Shown piece after piece: positions 49,233 through 58,418 of a DNA stretch of 64,000 nt. Position 1 is the first letter of the stretch. Each line of letters opens with the position of its first letter. Source of the stretch: a virus; IMG/VR virus record IMGVR_UViG_3300021197_000864, positions 1 through 64,000 of that record; one strand, written 5' to 3'. The position numbers were made by a program, and so were the translations under genes. The notes under the pieces are model-generated. The model was not told the origin of the DNA. It did not search any database and worked only from the letters and a program-made list of their open reading frames with translations.

Positions 49233-49516
49233 GATATAGGTCAAAACTGAATAGAGAAGAGTTTCTAGAAATAGAACAAGAAATATATGATATGTTTTCT
49301 AATGATACAGTTAAAAACAATGTGCATAAGAGATTCAATCAGTTGAGGGATGGTAATATGACTCCCCTAACATTTATGCATAACTTATTGCGTACAATGA
49401 ATACTATCAACAATATAACGAGGAGTGAAGCCCTCACAAAAATAGTGGAAACACACGAATATAAAAAATATAAAGAGAGGAATATAAATGAAGATAATTT
49501 ACGAGAACATACCTAA
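49229..49516 (+). CDS. hypothetical protein
   Basis: ATGA overlap. Confidence 0.6.
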   Translation: MRYRSKLNREEFLEIEQEIYDMFSNDTVKNNVHKRFNQLRDGNMTPLTFMHNLLRTMNTINNITRSEALTKIVETHEYKKYKERNINEDNLREHT

Positions 49517-49745
49517 GAGCAAAATAATAAAAGCATATAGAAATAAACTGAAAGAATCAGGACTTTATACCAAACGGTATAATACTTCTGATTGTGTACC
49601 TGCTTTGGTACGGCCTAATGTTATGGGTTCTACAATGAGTTGGGTTGACTTTCGTAGATTACCTAGAGAAATGGTTGCAATGCATTGTTTTATGCAAGGT
49701 CTAACTATTGATGGGGTTCAAACTATTATGGAGGAAGAAGAGTGA
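49488..49745 (+). CDS. hypothetical protein
   Basis: GAGG RBS. Confidence 0.6.
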   Translation: MKIIYENIPKSKIIKAYRNKLKESGLYTKRYNTSDCVPALVRPNVMGSTMSWVDFRRLPREMVAMHCFMQGLTIDGVQTIMEEEE

Positions 49746-50962
49746 AAGTTAAGTTACATGTTCCGAGAGCAGATGATAGTCAGATATTTGATACAACAAG
49801 TTTTCTATATCGCACTACTGATTTGAAACGTAATTATCGTAGTAAACTAAATAGATTTGGTGAATATAAAGTAGTAAGTACTCTTGACTTAGATAAAAAA
49901 AATAGTTTAGACCCTATTTATGCAGGAATTAGTAAAGCATTAAATAAATTTCTATTTATGTCAACCAATGATAATGTTACAACTATTATTACCTTTAAGT
50001 ATAGGGATGGGGACTCAACTATTGTTTTTCAAAAGAATAAACCTCACTTTTTCTTAAATGGTGAGAAAGATAGTAAAGGTATTATTATAGATAATTTAAG
50101 TAAGATTTTTTATCGTTCTTGTTTTGAGAAGAGTAGTACTAAGATGGATAGATATATTCGTAGGTTGTTATTATTTCCACCGAATGTAATGTATTCAGTA
50201 GAAAATAGAACACCTTATTCATTTTATAGTAATGATGGGTCAATGGTGAAACAGAATGTTAGGATTAAAACAAAGATAATTTCTGATAAAGAATGTGCAT
50301 TAGAAATTTCTGATGGTGTTTGGGCTAGTATTACAATAAAAGATTTAAATTCATTTATTAATTACCATAGGCATGGTCATAAACGCTCTGAAAAATGGGG
50401 AGTTTCACCGGAAAACCTATGGAAAAAATTGTTAAATTATGAGCCTAGTAAGTCTCAAGTAAAATTGATGTATGCTTTTCTAGAGCAAAATAGAACTCAA
50501 TCATTAGTTGAAAAGAGAGCCGAAGAACTATTAGCAGAATTAGAAACTAAGTTTCCTAGTAAAATTAAAGTCTTTAAGTTGGGTAAACGTAAGCAAACTA
50601 TTATGCTAGTTAGAGGTCAGAGATGTGATTGGGTATTAAAAGAAAACCCTTCTTCTTCTGATACTCAAAAAGTTAATACTCATAGATTTGTAGAAAATAA
50701 TGATGGTGAAGCAAGTTCCAAAGGGGCTTTAATACATCCTCATAATTCTACGGTACTAGGTACTTTATCAGCAGTATGTATAGATAATATTCATAAAAAT
50801 TCTAGTCTAGGCGACCAATTTGCTGCAAGAGCAATGTTTCTTATGAATGATGTTATGTCAAGTTCACAAATCAATACAATGAGACTACCCGAAAAGGAAC
50901 ATAGGATACCTAATGTATATTGGGATAACTTAGATGAAATTGTTGCGAGGGGAAAACTGTGA
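49742..50962 (+). CDS. hypothetical protein; C-terminal domain tentatively E2/UBC-like
   Basis: HPH...VCID followed by helix ending LMND. Confidence 0.6.
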   Translation: MKVKLHVPRADDSQIFDTTSFLYRTTDLKRNYRSKLNRFGEYKVVSTLDLDKKNSLDPIYAGISKALNKFLFMSTNDNVTTIITFKYRDGDSTIVFQKNKPHFFLNGEKDSKGIIIDNLSKIFYRSCFEKSSTKMDRYIRRLLLFPPNVMYSVENRTPYSFYSNDGSMVKQNVRIKTKIISDKECALEISDGVWASITIKDLNSFINYHRHGHKRSEKWGVSPENLWKKLLNYEPSKSQVKLMYAFLEQNRTQSLVEKRAEELLAELETKFPSKIKVFKLGKRKQTIMLVRGQRCDWVLKENPSSSDTQKVNTHRFVENNDGEASSKGALIHPHNSTVLGTLSAVCIDNIHKNSSLGDQFAARAMFLMNDVMSSSQINTMRLPEKEHRIPNVYWDNLDEIVARGKL

Positions 50963-51861
50963 AATGTATAGAATGTGAATCAGAAAGAAATATGTTTGAT
51001 GAAAGATTGGGTGAGCAAGTTTGTTTAGATTGTGGACTTGTCTTGGTGAAAAATATATTTGAAGATACTATCAAAAATATAGATTATAATATATCAAATG
51101 TAGATTACAAAGGCGCACCTAACAAGTCTTGGGATTTAGGTTCAACTATTCATAAAGGAGATGTGAATAAGTTTGGTGTTATGGGTAGGAAATTATTCTT
51201 TACTCAAAGACATAACAACCCATTGAATGAATCTTATTTGAGGATGTTAAAATTATCTAATATGAATCTATCATATTATAATGTAGCACCTGTACTAAAG
51301 AGTAGAGTAAGTAAATATTATAATTTGTTAAATAAAAAACAGGCATTAAGAGCAGTGCCTATTGATAATAGAGCAGCAAGTTTAACTTATTATATATTAA
51401 AAGAAGCAGGTATTGCAGTAACAGTACAGAAGCATTCTAATGTAACTAAGATATCTAGAGGTGAAATATCAAAATATGCTAGAGTGATAGCAACTCATTT
51501 AGGTAAGCCTTGGGTCTTTTCTCAAATGAACATTGAAGGTTTGATTCAAGAAGTTGGGTCAAAATTATATTTACCTAACCCTCAATATATTGGGGATGTA
51601 AGTAAATTATCAGAACACGTTTATCAAAAACTAGATGCTCACGGTGTGCAATTTACAATAGCAACTTTGTCTGCATGTTTTTATCTAGTGTCAGTATTTA
51701 GACGGGAAAATTATACACAACAAGAGGTTGCTAAATTAGTCGGTACTACCGAAGTATCACTAAGAAAGAACATGAAAAAGATTTTACAATTATATAATGT
51801 AGATAAAAATAAATTAAATTATATGGTATTAAATGATTTTATTAATGGAATTAGAAAGTGA
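50959..51861 (+). CDS. tfb: transcription initiation factor IIB (TFB) homolog
   Basis: N-terminal Zn ribbon CIEC...GEQVCLDCGLV; two cyclin repeats; HTH TQQEVAKLVGTTEVSLRK. Confidence 0.88.
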   Translation: MKCIECESERNMFDERLGEQVCLDCGLVLVKNIFEDTIKNIDYNISNVDYKGAPNKSWDLGSTIHKGDVNKFGVMGRKLFFTQRHNNPLNESYLRMLKLSNMNLSYYNVAPVLKSRVSKYYNLLNKKQALRAVPIDNRAASLTYYILKEAGIAVTVQKHSNVTKISRGEISKYARVIATHLGKPWVFSQMNIEGLIQEVGSKLYLPNPQYIGDVSKLSEHVYQKLDAHGVQFTIATLSACFYLVSVFRRENYTQQEVAKLVGTTEVSLRKNMKKILQLYNVDKNKLNYMVLNDFINGIRK

Positions 51862-52102
51862 TTTTATGATTAAAGACAGTGAGTTCTGGAAAAAATGGAG
51901 AAACTCTCATAATTATGATATTGGTTATAAGGGATATACTGTGTTAAAAGGTAGGTATGTTAAAGTAACGGTAGTTGATATTGAATATTATGAGTCATCT
52001 CCTAAAAAAATATGGAGATATGTAGTAGCAACAAATTGGGGTCATAAATTAAAGAGAGTTTCACTCTTTACAAAAAAGGAAAAAATAGAATGGAGTAGTT
52101 AA
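51833..52102 (+). CDS. hypothetical protein
   Basis: Co-oriented ORF. Confidence 0.55.
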   Translation: MILLMELESDFMIKDSEFWKKWRNSHNYDIGYKGYTVLKGRYVKVTVVDIEYYESSPKKIWRYVVATNWGHKLKRVSLFTKKEKIEWSS

Positions 52103-52103
52103 A

Positions 52104-52679
52104 ATGAAAAGAAAGATAATGATAATAGGTGCAGGTGGTATAGGTAGTATGTTAATACATAATTTAGAAAGATTAGGTATTTATGACATAACTGTTTTTG
52201 ATGATGATAAGGTAGAGAAAAAGAATTTAACTTATCAACATTATAATGAAAGCCACTTAGGAGAAAATAAAGCAGAAGCAATTAGTAGTCAGTTTAATGG
52301 TATTAAAGCCGAACCGTATTTAGTTTTAGTACCAAAACAGTTGAAAGGTTATGACCTAGTTATTTGTTGTGCAGATAATTTAGATGTAAGACGCTTGCTT
52401 TATAGGCAAGGTACAGGTGATGATGCTAACGTGAAGTGGTTAGATTTACGCGCACAAGGCAGAAATGCTACGCTAATATCATATATGCTTAATCCTAATT
52501 TAGTGGATACTGTATTAACAGGGGAAGAAGGTTCTTTTTCCTGTCAAGCACAATCTTGGGATGGCTCTGCTAAAGGTGTTAATATGATGAATAATGTAAT
52601 CGCTTCTATTGCTGCTCAATGGATTCAGAAATGGTTCAATAAGCAGGAAGTAACTGCAAGTATGGTGTTTAATATATGA
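52104..52679 (+). CDS. ThiF/MoeB/E1-like activating enzyme
   Basis: IIGAGGIGS, DDDKVEKKNLTYQ, KAEA, DLVICCADN..R. Confidence 0.9.
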   Translation: MKRKIMIIGAGGIGSMLIHNLERLGIYDITVFDDDKVEKKNLTYQHYNESHLGENKAEAISSQFNGIKAEPYLVLVPKQLKGYDLVICCADNLDVRRLLYRQGTGDDANVKWLDLRAQGRNATLISYMLNPNLVDTVLTGEEGSFSCQAQSWDGSAKGVNMMNNVIASIAAQWIQKWFNKQEVTASMVFNI

Positions 52680-52918
52680 CCGATAAAGTTGATGACGATT
52701 TAGAATTATCAGATGAGGAGATAGGTGAAATAATAAGTATTATTTCTAAGGATGGGATTTATCTTAGGTCTGAAATAGTTAGAGTTTGTTGTCATGTTTG
52801 TGGTGAAGAGTTTATAGGAACAAAAAGACACGCAGGAGGCTTTCTAAGTGGGCATCAAGTATATCATGAGTCTATTATTAAAGAGAGTATTAGAGCATCC
52901 CAACAAGGAGGGGTCTGA
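52676..52918 (+). CDS. C2H2-like zinc-finger protein
   Basis: CHVCGEEF...HQVYH. Confidence 0.65.
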   Translation: MTDKVDDDLELSDEEIGEIISIISKDGIYLRSEIVRVCCHVCGEEFIGTKRHAGGFLSGHQVYHESIIKESIRASQQGGV

Positions 52919-53216
52919 TATGGGATTAGAGGATTGGAAGCCCTCTAGCGATAGTAAAGCATCAGAAATTGATGTAGTTAATGTTGTGTCAAATTGGACT
53001 AATGAATATCCAACAGAGTTTGGCATGACTAGTTTCCTAAGAGACAAGATATTTGCTGTATCTAATACAGGTAAGAGTGTGTTAGTGCATATGATGAATG
53101 GTCAAACATTTACAATAACTATTAAAAATAGCCCTATTCCTTTTTTTAAGGATGATAGGCTTACTAATGAAATTGTAATCAAAGAATTAAAAGGTGAGAA
53201 AAATGAAAAAAAATAA
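52848..53216 (+). CDS. hypothetical protein (start probably 52920)
   Basis: GGAGGGG RBS before MGLEDW. Confidence 0.6.
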   Translation: MGIKYIMSLLLKRVLEHPNKEGSDMGLEDWKPSSDSKASEIDVVNVVSNWTNEYPTEFGMTSFLRDKIFAVSNTGKSVLVHMMNGQTFTITIKNSPIPFFKDDRLTNEIVIKELKGEKNEKK

Positions 53217-53574
53217 AGTTAAGAAAGGAAAATGGGATGAGCATGAAGTAAAGTTACTTTGTGTTTGTTTGGATGAAGGTTTGGATGTTGAAGAAACAGT
53301 ATTACGATTTGATGGTACTAGGACTTCTGCACAAATTAAAAGTAAGATTTCATCCAAAGCAATAAGAGAGCGTCATGTTGATTTAGATATAGAAGAGATG
53401 CATGAGGACTTGGTTAAAGAAGAAGAAATGGAAGAACATCTAGAAAAGGTAAAAGATGTTCTCGATGAGAAAATAGCAGAAGTTAAGAAAACTAACAATA
53501 AAATGGTGTTTAGATTAGTTCTAATTACAGCAGTAATTGTTGGAGTATTAATACAAACAGGGGTAATAGAATGA
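53194..53574 (+). CDS. Myb/SANT-like domain protein with C-terminal TM anchor
   Basis: KGKWDEHEVKLL...RTSAQIKSK; LVLITAVIVGVLI tail. Confidence 0.6.
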   Translation: MRKMKKNKVKKGKWDEHEVKLLCVCLDEGLDVEETVLRFDGTRTSAQIKSKISSKAIRERHVDLDIEEMHEDLVKEEEMEEHLEKVKDVLDEKIAEVKKTNNKMVFRLVLITAVIVGVLIQTGVIE

Positions 53575-54146
53575 AGATAAAGAATAGTGAAGAAGAATAT
53601 GATAAGAATGATAGATTTAGTGACGACACTAAATTATATGTAGATATAATGGAAAAGGTTGTTAAAGATAACGAATGGAAAAAACCTATTAGAGAATTAT
53701 GGGAAGTATGTTCTGATAGTATGGAATGGGTGTATCCTGATTTTGGTACAGAAGCATTCCTGAGTCAAATATACAAACAATCTATTGAGCATTTTGATAT
53801 TCCTAGAGAAGTTCAAGTGTTAGTAGATGCTAATAATAATCTATTCATGAGTGTTGGGACACCGGGTTTTGTATCTTTTGCAAATCAAGATGATGAGTTA
53901 TATGGTAGTGAAGAACCAATGAAATTACCTATTAAATGTTGGATTCACACTCATCCTAATATGTCAGCGTATTTCAGTGGAACTGATTGGGCAACTATTG
54001 ATACTTGGAAAGGTAATTTAGATAGTGCAATTGTTTTAGGTCAAGGTGAAATGTGGGCTTATGATTGTAAAACTGAAATAGGTAAGCACGTATCATTTAT
54101 TAAGACCAATAGTGGTAGGTATTCTGTAACGGAAGGTGAGGAGTGA
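53571..54146 (+). CDS. JAB/MPN+ (JAMM) metalloprotease
   Basis: Upstream Glu (REVQ) and WIHTHPNMSAYFSGTD = HxH-x7-S-x2-D. Confidence 0.9.
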   Translation: MKIKNSEEEYDKNDRFSDDTKLYVDIMEKVVKDNEWKKPIRELWEVCSDSMEWVYPDFGTEAFLSQIYKQSIEHFDIPREVQVLVDANNNLFMSVGTPGFVSFANQDDELYGSEEPMKLPIKCWIHTHPNMSAYFSGTDWATIDTWKGNLDSAIVLGQGEMWAYDCKTEIGKHVSFIKTNSGRYSVTEGEE

Positions 54147-54631
54147 TGGATATTCTTAATTCAAGACAAACTACATTAAGAGAATTTGGATTAGTATTTC
54201 TAATGACATTTATGTTAGCAGGGTGTACTATACCATCCCCTGAAGAAGTATTTGCAGAGGAAGAAGAATGTGTAAAGGGGTGGTCTATGATGAATGGTTC
54301 ATTCACATATTTAATCAATGATTTGAATAACTCAACACAAGAAACAGTGGTGTTAGATTTTAACACAACTCACGGTCTAATTGAATTAGATTATTTCTAT
54401 TACAACTTGACTCATCTGAGTTTTGATATCATAAATAATACTGTAATATTTAATAATTTTACTTTTAATGCAGAAGGCTATGTACAACAAGGGACTCATT
54501 TATGGTCTAATGGTTATGCACCTCAATTTGGTAATGCTACCTTAGTATTCCCTGTATTTCCTTTTGACGTAACAGTTGAATATGAAGTTAAATATAGAGT
54601 ATGGAATGGTAGAGAATGCAGCCAACAGTAA
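54143..54631 (+). CDS. putative lipoprotein
   Basis: Hydrophobic signal with lipobox LAGC; many NxT/S sequons. Confidence 0.7.
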   Translation: MMDILNSRQTTLREFGLVFLMTFMLAGCTIPSPEEVFAEEEECVKGWSMMNGSFTYLINDLNNSTQETVVLDFNTTHGLIELDYFYYNLTHLSFDIINNTVIFNNFTFNAEGYVQQGTHLWSNGYAPQFGNATLVFPVFPFDVTVEYEVKYRVWNGRECSQQ

Positions 54632-55017
54632 CCGTAACTTTCCCTGCCCCATTACCCGCAGAAGTTCCTTGTCCTATTTGTGAAGGGAATAAATGTAAGG
54701 TTTGTGAGTGGAGTGGTAAATTACATATTACTGTTGATGCAAAAATACCTATACAAAGAGCGCACATCGTAAAGTTTGTAGCAGAAAATATGAGTAGTAT
54801 GTCAACTCTATTAAACAAACAATATGGTTTAAGTCCTGAAATAGAAACAGAAGAGATGATTCAATATCAGGGCGGTGTGTATGAAGTTGTCAGGATTAGT
54901 AGTCTTGGTGGTGCAATGTGGATGGTGCATAGAGTGGATAAACTAGAATCCCCTAGATATTTTAAAACCTATAAAGAATTAAAGACATTTAAGGGAGGAT
55001 TAGCATATGAAGAATGA
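54616..55017 (+). CDS. Zn-binding hypothetical protein
   Basis: CPICEGNKCKVC. Confidence 0.65.
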   Translation: MQPTVTVTFPAPLPAEVPCPICEGNKCKVCEWSGKLHITVDAKIPIQRAHIVKFVAENMSSMSTLLNKQYGLSPEIETEEMIQYQGGVYEVVRISSLGGAMWMVHRVDKLESPRYFKTYKELKTFKGGLAYEE

Positions 55018-55249
55018 AAGAATCGTAGTAAGAATACCTAGAAATGCTACGTCAGAATTACTTGTGGTAACAGGTAATTATTGGAATATTGATGTATTGG
55101 ATATTCGATGGTATGATAATGGTAAACCTACCAAAAAAGGTGTTAGAATGAATATAGACGAAGCCGAGTCTCTAAATAAGGCATTAAGGAGAGCATTAAA
55201 TGATAATATCAATAAGAAAACTAAAGAAAGAATTGAAGAAGAGACTTAG
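55007..55249 (+). CDS. PC4/p15-like ssDNA-binding protein
   Basis: LDIRWY...PTKKGVRM. Confidence 0.8.
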   Translation: MKNERIVVRIPRNATSELLVVTGNYWNIDVLDIRWYDNGKPTKKGVRMNIDEAESLNKALRRALNDNINKKTKERIEEET

Positions 55250-55433
55250 AACAGGAACATACATCAGTGCAGATATCTATCCTATTATGGATAAGTATAT
55301 GAGATTTAGTTTAAATGAACTAAATTTAGAAATTGCTAACATATATACTGAAAGTGGCGATAGAAAAATTACTACTATTCATGTAGAAAAGGCAATGTTG
55401 AATTTGCTTTTATCTAAAACAGAGGAGGAATAA
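55200..55433 (+). CDS. histone-fold protein
   Basis: alpha1-ISAD-long alpha2-GDRKITTIHV-alpha3 layout like archaeal histones. Confidence 0.6.
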   Translation: MIISIRKLKKELKKRLRTGTYISADIYPIMDKYMRFSLNELNLEIANIYTESGDRKITTIHVEKAMLNLLLSKTEEE

Positions 55434-55536
55434 TTATGGATAAAGAAAGAAGAGAGAATATGAAAATACTCATGGAACTTATGAATAGAAATAAGAAACA
55501 TGATGTAGAAAGATTAGCAAGAATGGAGGAAGAATA

Positions 55537-57186
55537 ATGTACACTATTCAAACAGGTAGTTTGAGTAACTTTGCTAATGTTTGTGAGATACTTGAGTTCC
55601 AAACACCTAATGAAAAAGCAAAAACTATCTCTGATAATCTAAGTGCATTTAAGTCTAAACCATTGGTGATGCAAGTGTTTTCATTATCGTATCCTACCAA
55701 CAACATTGGTAATATTAAAGCAGTATCTTGGATTGCTTCTGCATTAGGTTTGTTCGATGATGAAGTTAAATCTGCTGCTAAAATGTGGGGAGATTTAGGA
55801 GAAGGTCTATATCAAATGTATGAAGGTGAGAATAATCATTCTGATATTACATTTGGAGAGTTTTATTCTTTATTACTTTTAGATTGTTCTTCTATTAGTA
55901 ATTCTTCATATGAAACATTTGCTTCTGCACTTAGACAAATGTCTGCTTTAGAATTAAAATGGTTTGTAAGGTATTGGTTAAGAAAACCTAGAAATGGTGT
56001 GAACAATAAGATACCTTTGAAAGCATTGGCTTTACATTATAGAAGTAATGATACTACTATATACAAATATGCTCAATATAATTCAGCAAGTGAAATTTGT
56101 TCTAGCCTAGAGTTAGGTCAAACTCCTGAGTGTAGATTATCTCACGGGCAATTCGTACAACCTATGTTAGCGAAGGCACGTAAAGGTAAAGAAAGACCTG
56201 ATAATTATTATGTAGATGCTAAGTATGATGGAAATAGATATCAGATACATAAGAGTCAAGATTTATCTGTAATAATCTTTAATCGCAAAGGTAAAATTGT
56301 AACCGAACAATTTCCTGATGTTGAAGACCAAATGTTAGAACTAGAAGTGGATGATTTCATAATTGACACCGAAATATATCCAATCAATATAGATGGTACA
56401 CCTGCACCTCACAAGAAGATGGGTAAGAGAGTTCATAAATTAGATAAAGAAGAAGCAGTAAGAGAATGCCCTGTTAAAATGGTAGCGTTTGATATACTAT
56501 ATTGGAAAAATGTAAGTTTCTTGGATTTAAATTTTAAAGATAGATTAGAAAGATTGTCGTGGTTATTACCAAAGGATTTGATAGCGAAAGGTTTTGATAA
56601 TCAAACAATAGAGGGTGCATATAATACTGCAATTAGTTTAGGTTTTGAAGGTATAATGATAAAGGATTTGGATATGGTATATCAAGCAGGTAAAAGAAGT
56701 AATGCTTGGTTAAAATATAAACCTGCTAGAATAAGTTTAGATGTTGTAATAACAAGTGCGACCTATGGTACAGGAGATAGGTCAGATGTATTTGGTTCAT
56801 TTGGTATATCTTTAAGGAATATTGCTTATCATAAAGCCCCAAGAAAAAATATGCCTGAAAGCATACCTCATGGTGGTGATAAAATATTGGTAAATATGAC
56901 AGGAATGAAAGGTAAAGAATATGTTTCTATTGGTTCTGTTGGTACAGGACTTTCTAGATTGGATTTGTTAAACTTAACAACAGACTTGAAGAAGAATGTA
57001 TCTTCATATGAAAAAGGAGTATTTACTTTCTTACCGAGAATAGTACTAGAAGTAACGGCTGATTTGGTAACACAAGATGCTGATGGTAATTATGGTCTTA
57101 GATTTCCTAGAGTAGTTAGGATAAGGGATGATAAGTTTGCTAAAGATATAGATACACTTCAAAATGCACAGAGGATGATACTTTGA
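55537..57186 (+). CDS. lig: ATP-dependent DNA ligase (replicative)
   Basis: PMLA, KYDGNR, IDTE, FDIL, EGIMIK, WLKYK, GTG, LRFPR. Confidence 0.92.
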   Translation: MYTIQTGSLSNFANVCEILEFQTPNEKAKTISDNLSAFKSKPLVMQVFSLSYPTNNIGNIKAVSWIASALGLFDDEVKSAAKMWGDLGEGLYQMYEGENNHSDITFGEFYSLLLLDCSSISNSSYETFASALRQMSALELKWFVRYWLRKPRNGVNNKIPLKALALHYRSNDTTIYKYAQYNSASEICSSLELGQTPECRLSHGQFVQPMLAKARKGKERPDNYYVDAKYDGNRYQIHKSQDLSVIIFNRKGKIVTEQFPDVEDQMLELEVDDFIIDTEIYPINIDGTPAPHKKMGKRVHKLDKEEAVRECPVKMVAFDILYWKNVSFLDLNFKDRLERLSWLLPKDLIAKGFDNQTIEGAYNTAISLGFEGIMIKDLDMVYQAGKRSNAWLKYKPARISLDVVITSATYGTGDRSDVFGSFGISLRNIAYHKAPRKNMPESIPHGGDKILVNMTGMKGKEYVSIGSVGTGLSRLDLLNLTTDLKKNVSSYEKGVFTFLPRIVLEVTADLVTQDADGNYGLRFPRVVRIRDDKFAKDIDTLQNAQRMIL

Positions 57187-57671
57187 TTGGTGTAGATATG
57201 ATGACTATAATTGACGACTACCCATATAGATGTATTAGGGTTTATCAAAATATAGCAGTATTACAGCCAGTTGGTAATCCAAAGAGAACTATTGAAGTTG
57301 ATATTGATACTTGTCCGTATATAGATTCTGAATCAAAGAAACTAATTACACCCAATAAGGAATTAGTAATTAAAGCAAAGGTTAAGAAACAAAAAAGACA
57401 TAAAGCGAAGACTATTGATATAATGAAAATTATAAAAGATGAAGTTGATATGTCAATATCTAGGGATTTAGTTTATTTTGTACGTGACCATATTGAAACC
57501 CTTATTGCTAACTTAGCACTTGAGGCTCAAAACAATGTAATTAGAAACGGTGATAAGCGACTAGCACCTAGACATTGGTACTGGTTGGAAGTCCCAATAC
57601 ACGGCACACAACATATTGTGCGAGAACAAGATGAAATTGCATCGGAAATAAAAGAGAATTATTGGGAGTGA
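57183..57671 (+). CDS. protein with C-terminal histone fold
   Basis: IMKIIKDEVDMSISRD...LALEAQNNVIRNGDKRL. Confidence 0.6.
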   Translation: MIGVDMMTIIDDYPYRCIRVYQNIAVLQPVGNPKRTIEVDIDTCPYIDSESKKLITPNKELVIKAKVKKQKRHKAKTIDIMKIIKDEVDMSISRDLVYFVRDHIETLIANLALEAQNNVIRNGDKRLAPRHWYWLEVPIHGTQHIVREQDEIASEIKENYWE

Positions 57672-57675
57672 TATT

Positions 57676-58074
57676 ATGTTTAACCGAAGCCAACTTGAAG
57701 GCATATTATTATCACATCCTAAATGTGAAATTAATGTGTCTAGAGATAAAGAAACACACATTGGGTATAGAGTTAGGCTAAAGGTTAGTTTTAGGGGTAA
57801 GAGTGAGTTCCTATTGGGTATTCAGCGCACTCTTTTGCAGCATGAGATAGTTGCTAAGTATAAAGAAGAAGAACACAAGACAAGACCTAGACCAATATTG
57901 ACTATAACAGGTAAAAAAAATCTATGGAACTTATGTAATATTGTTCCCGACAATTTACCTACTGCTAAAGGAGAATGGGAAACTTTCAAACAGGCAGTAA
58001 TAATAGTTGATTCAAATCGACAACACACTGAAAAAGGTCTAGATGAAATCTTAGCATTAAAAGGGGTAATATGA
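57676..58074 (+). CDS. degenerate LAGLIDADG-fold protein
   Basis: LEGILLSHP in place of LAGxxDxDG; GYRVRL, HTEKGLDEILALK as in single-motif LHEs. Confidence 0.55.
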   Translation: MFNRSQLEGILLSHPKCEINVSRDKETHIGYRVRLKVSFRGKSEFLLGIQRTLLQHEIVAKYKEEEHKTRPRPILTITGKKNLWNLCNIVPDNLPTAKGEWETFKQAVIIVDSNRQHTEKGLDEILALKGVI

Positions 58075-58418
58075 TGAGATGCCACCGTTGTAATGTTTTT
58101 GAAGTTGAAGAAAATCAGTTATGTAGCACTTGTAAAATTGCTGTAAACTTTTTGAATGAACCTAAAGAACGTGCAACGGATGAGCAAATACTAGAATCTT
58201 CTATGTTAATGAAAATGAAAGAAGGTTGTAGAGAGTGTGGTAGCAATGACTTTGGTTATAATGCCGGAGTATTAGAAGAAGGTAAACTAAAGTGGTTTAT
58301 TATTCAAGTTAAGTGTCATAGTTGTGGTGCAGACTATGATGAAGCATTAGATGTGAGGATTAAAAATGAGTTTAATAAAAATGAAAAACAAGCAAAGGCC
58401 AATAATAATAGTAGGTAA
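58071..58418 (+). CDS. double Zn-ribbon protein
   Basis: Four CxxC pairs. Confidence 0.7.
   Translation: MMRCHRCNVFEVEENQLCSTCKIAVNFLNEPKERATDEQILESSMLMKMKEGCRECGSNDFGYNAGVLEEGKLKWFIIQVKCHSCGADYDEALDVRIKNEFNKNEKQAKANNNSR

Noticed and set aside
49730-55540. Acidic EEE C-termini as a degron/tag
   Set aside because: Mostly explained by overlapping GGAGG-type RBS of the next gene
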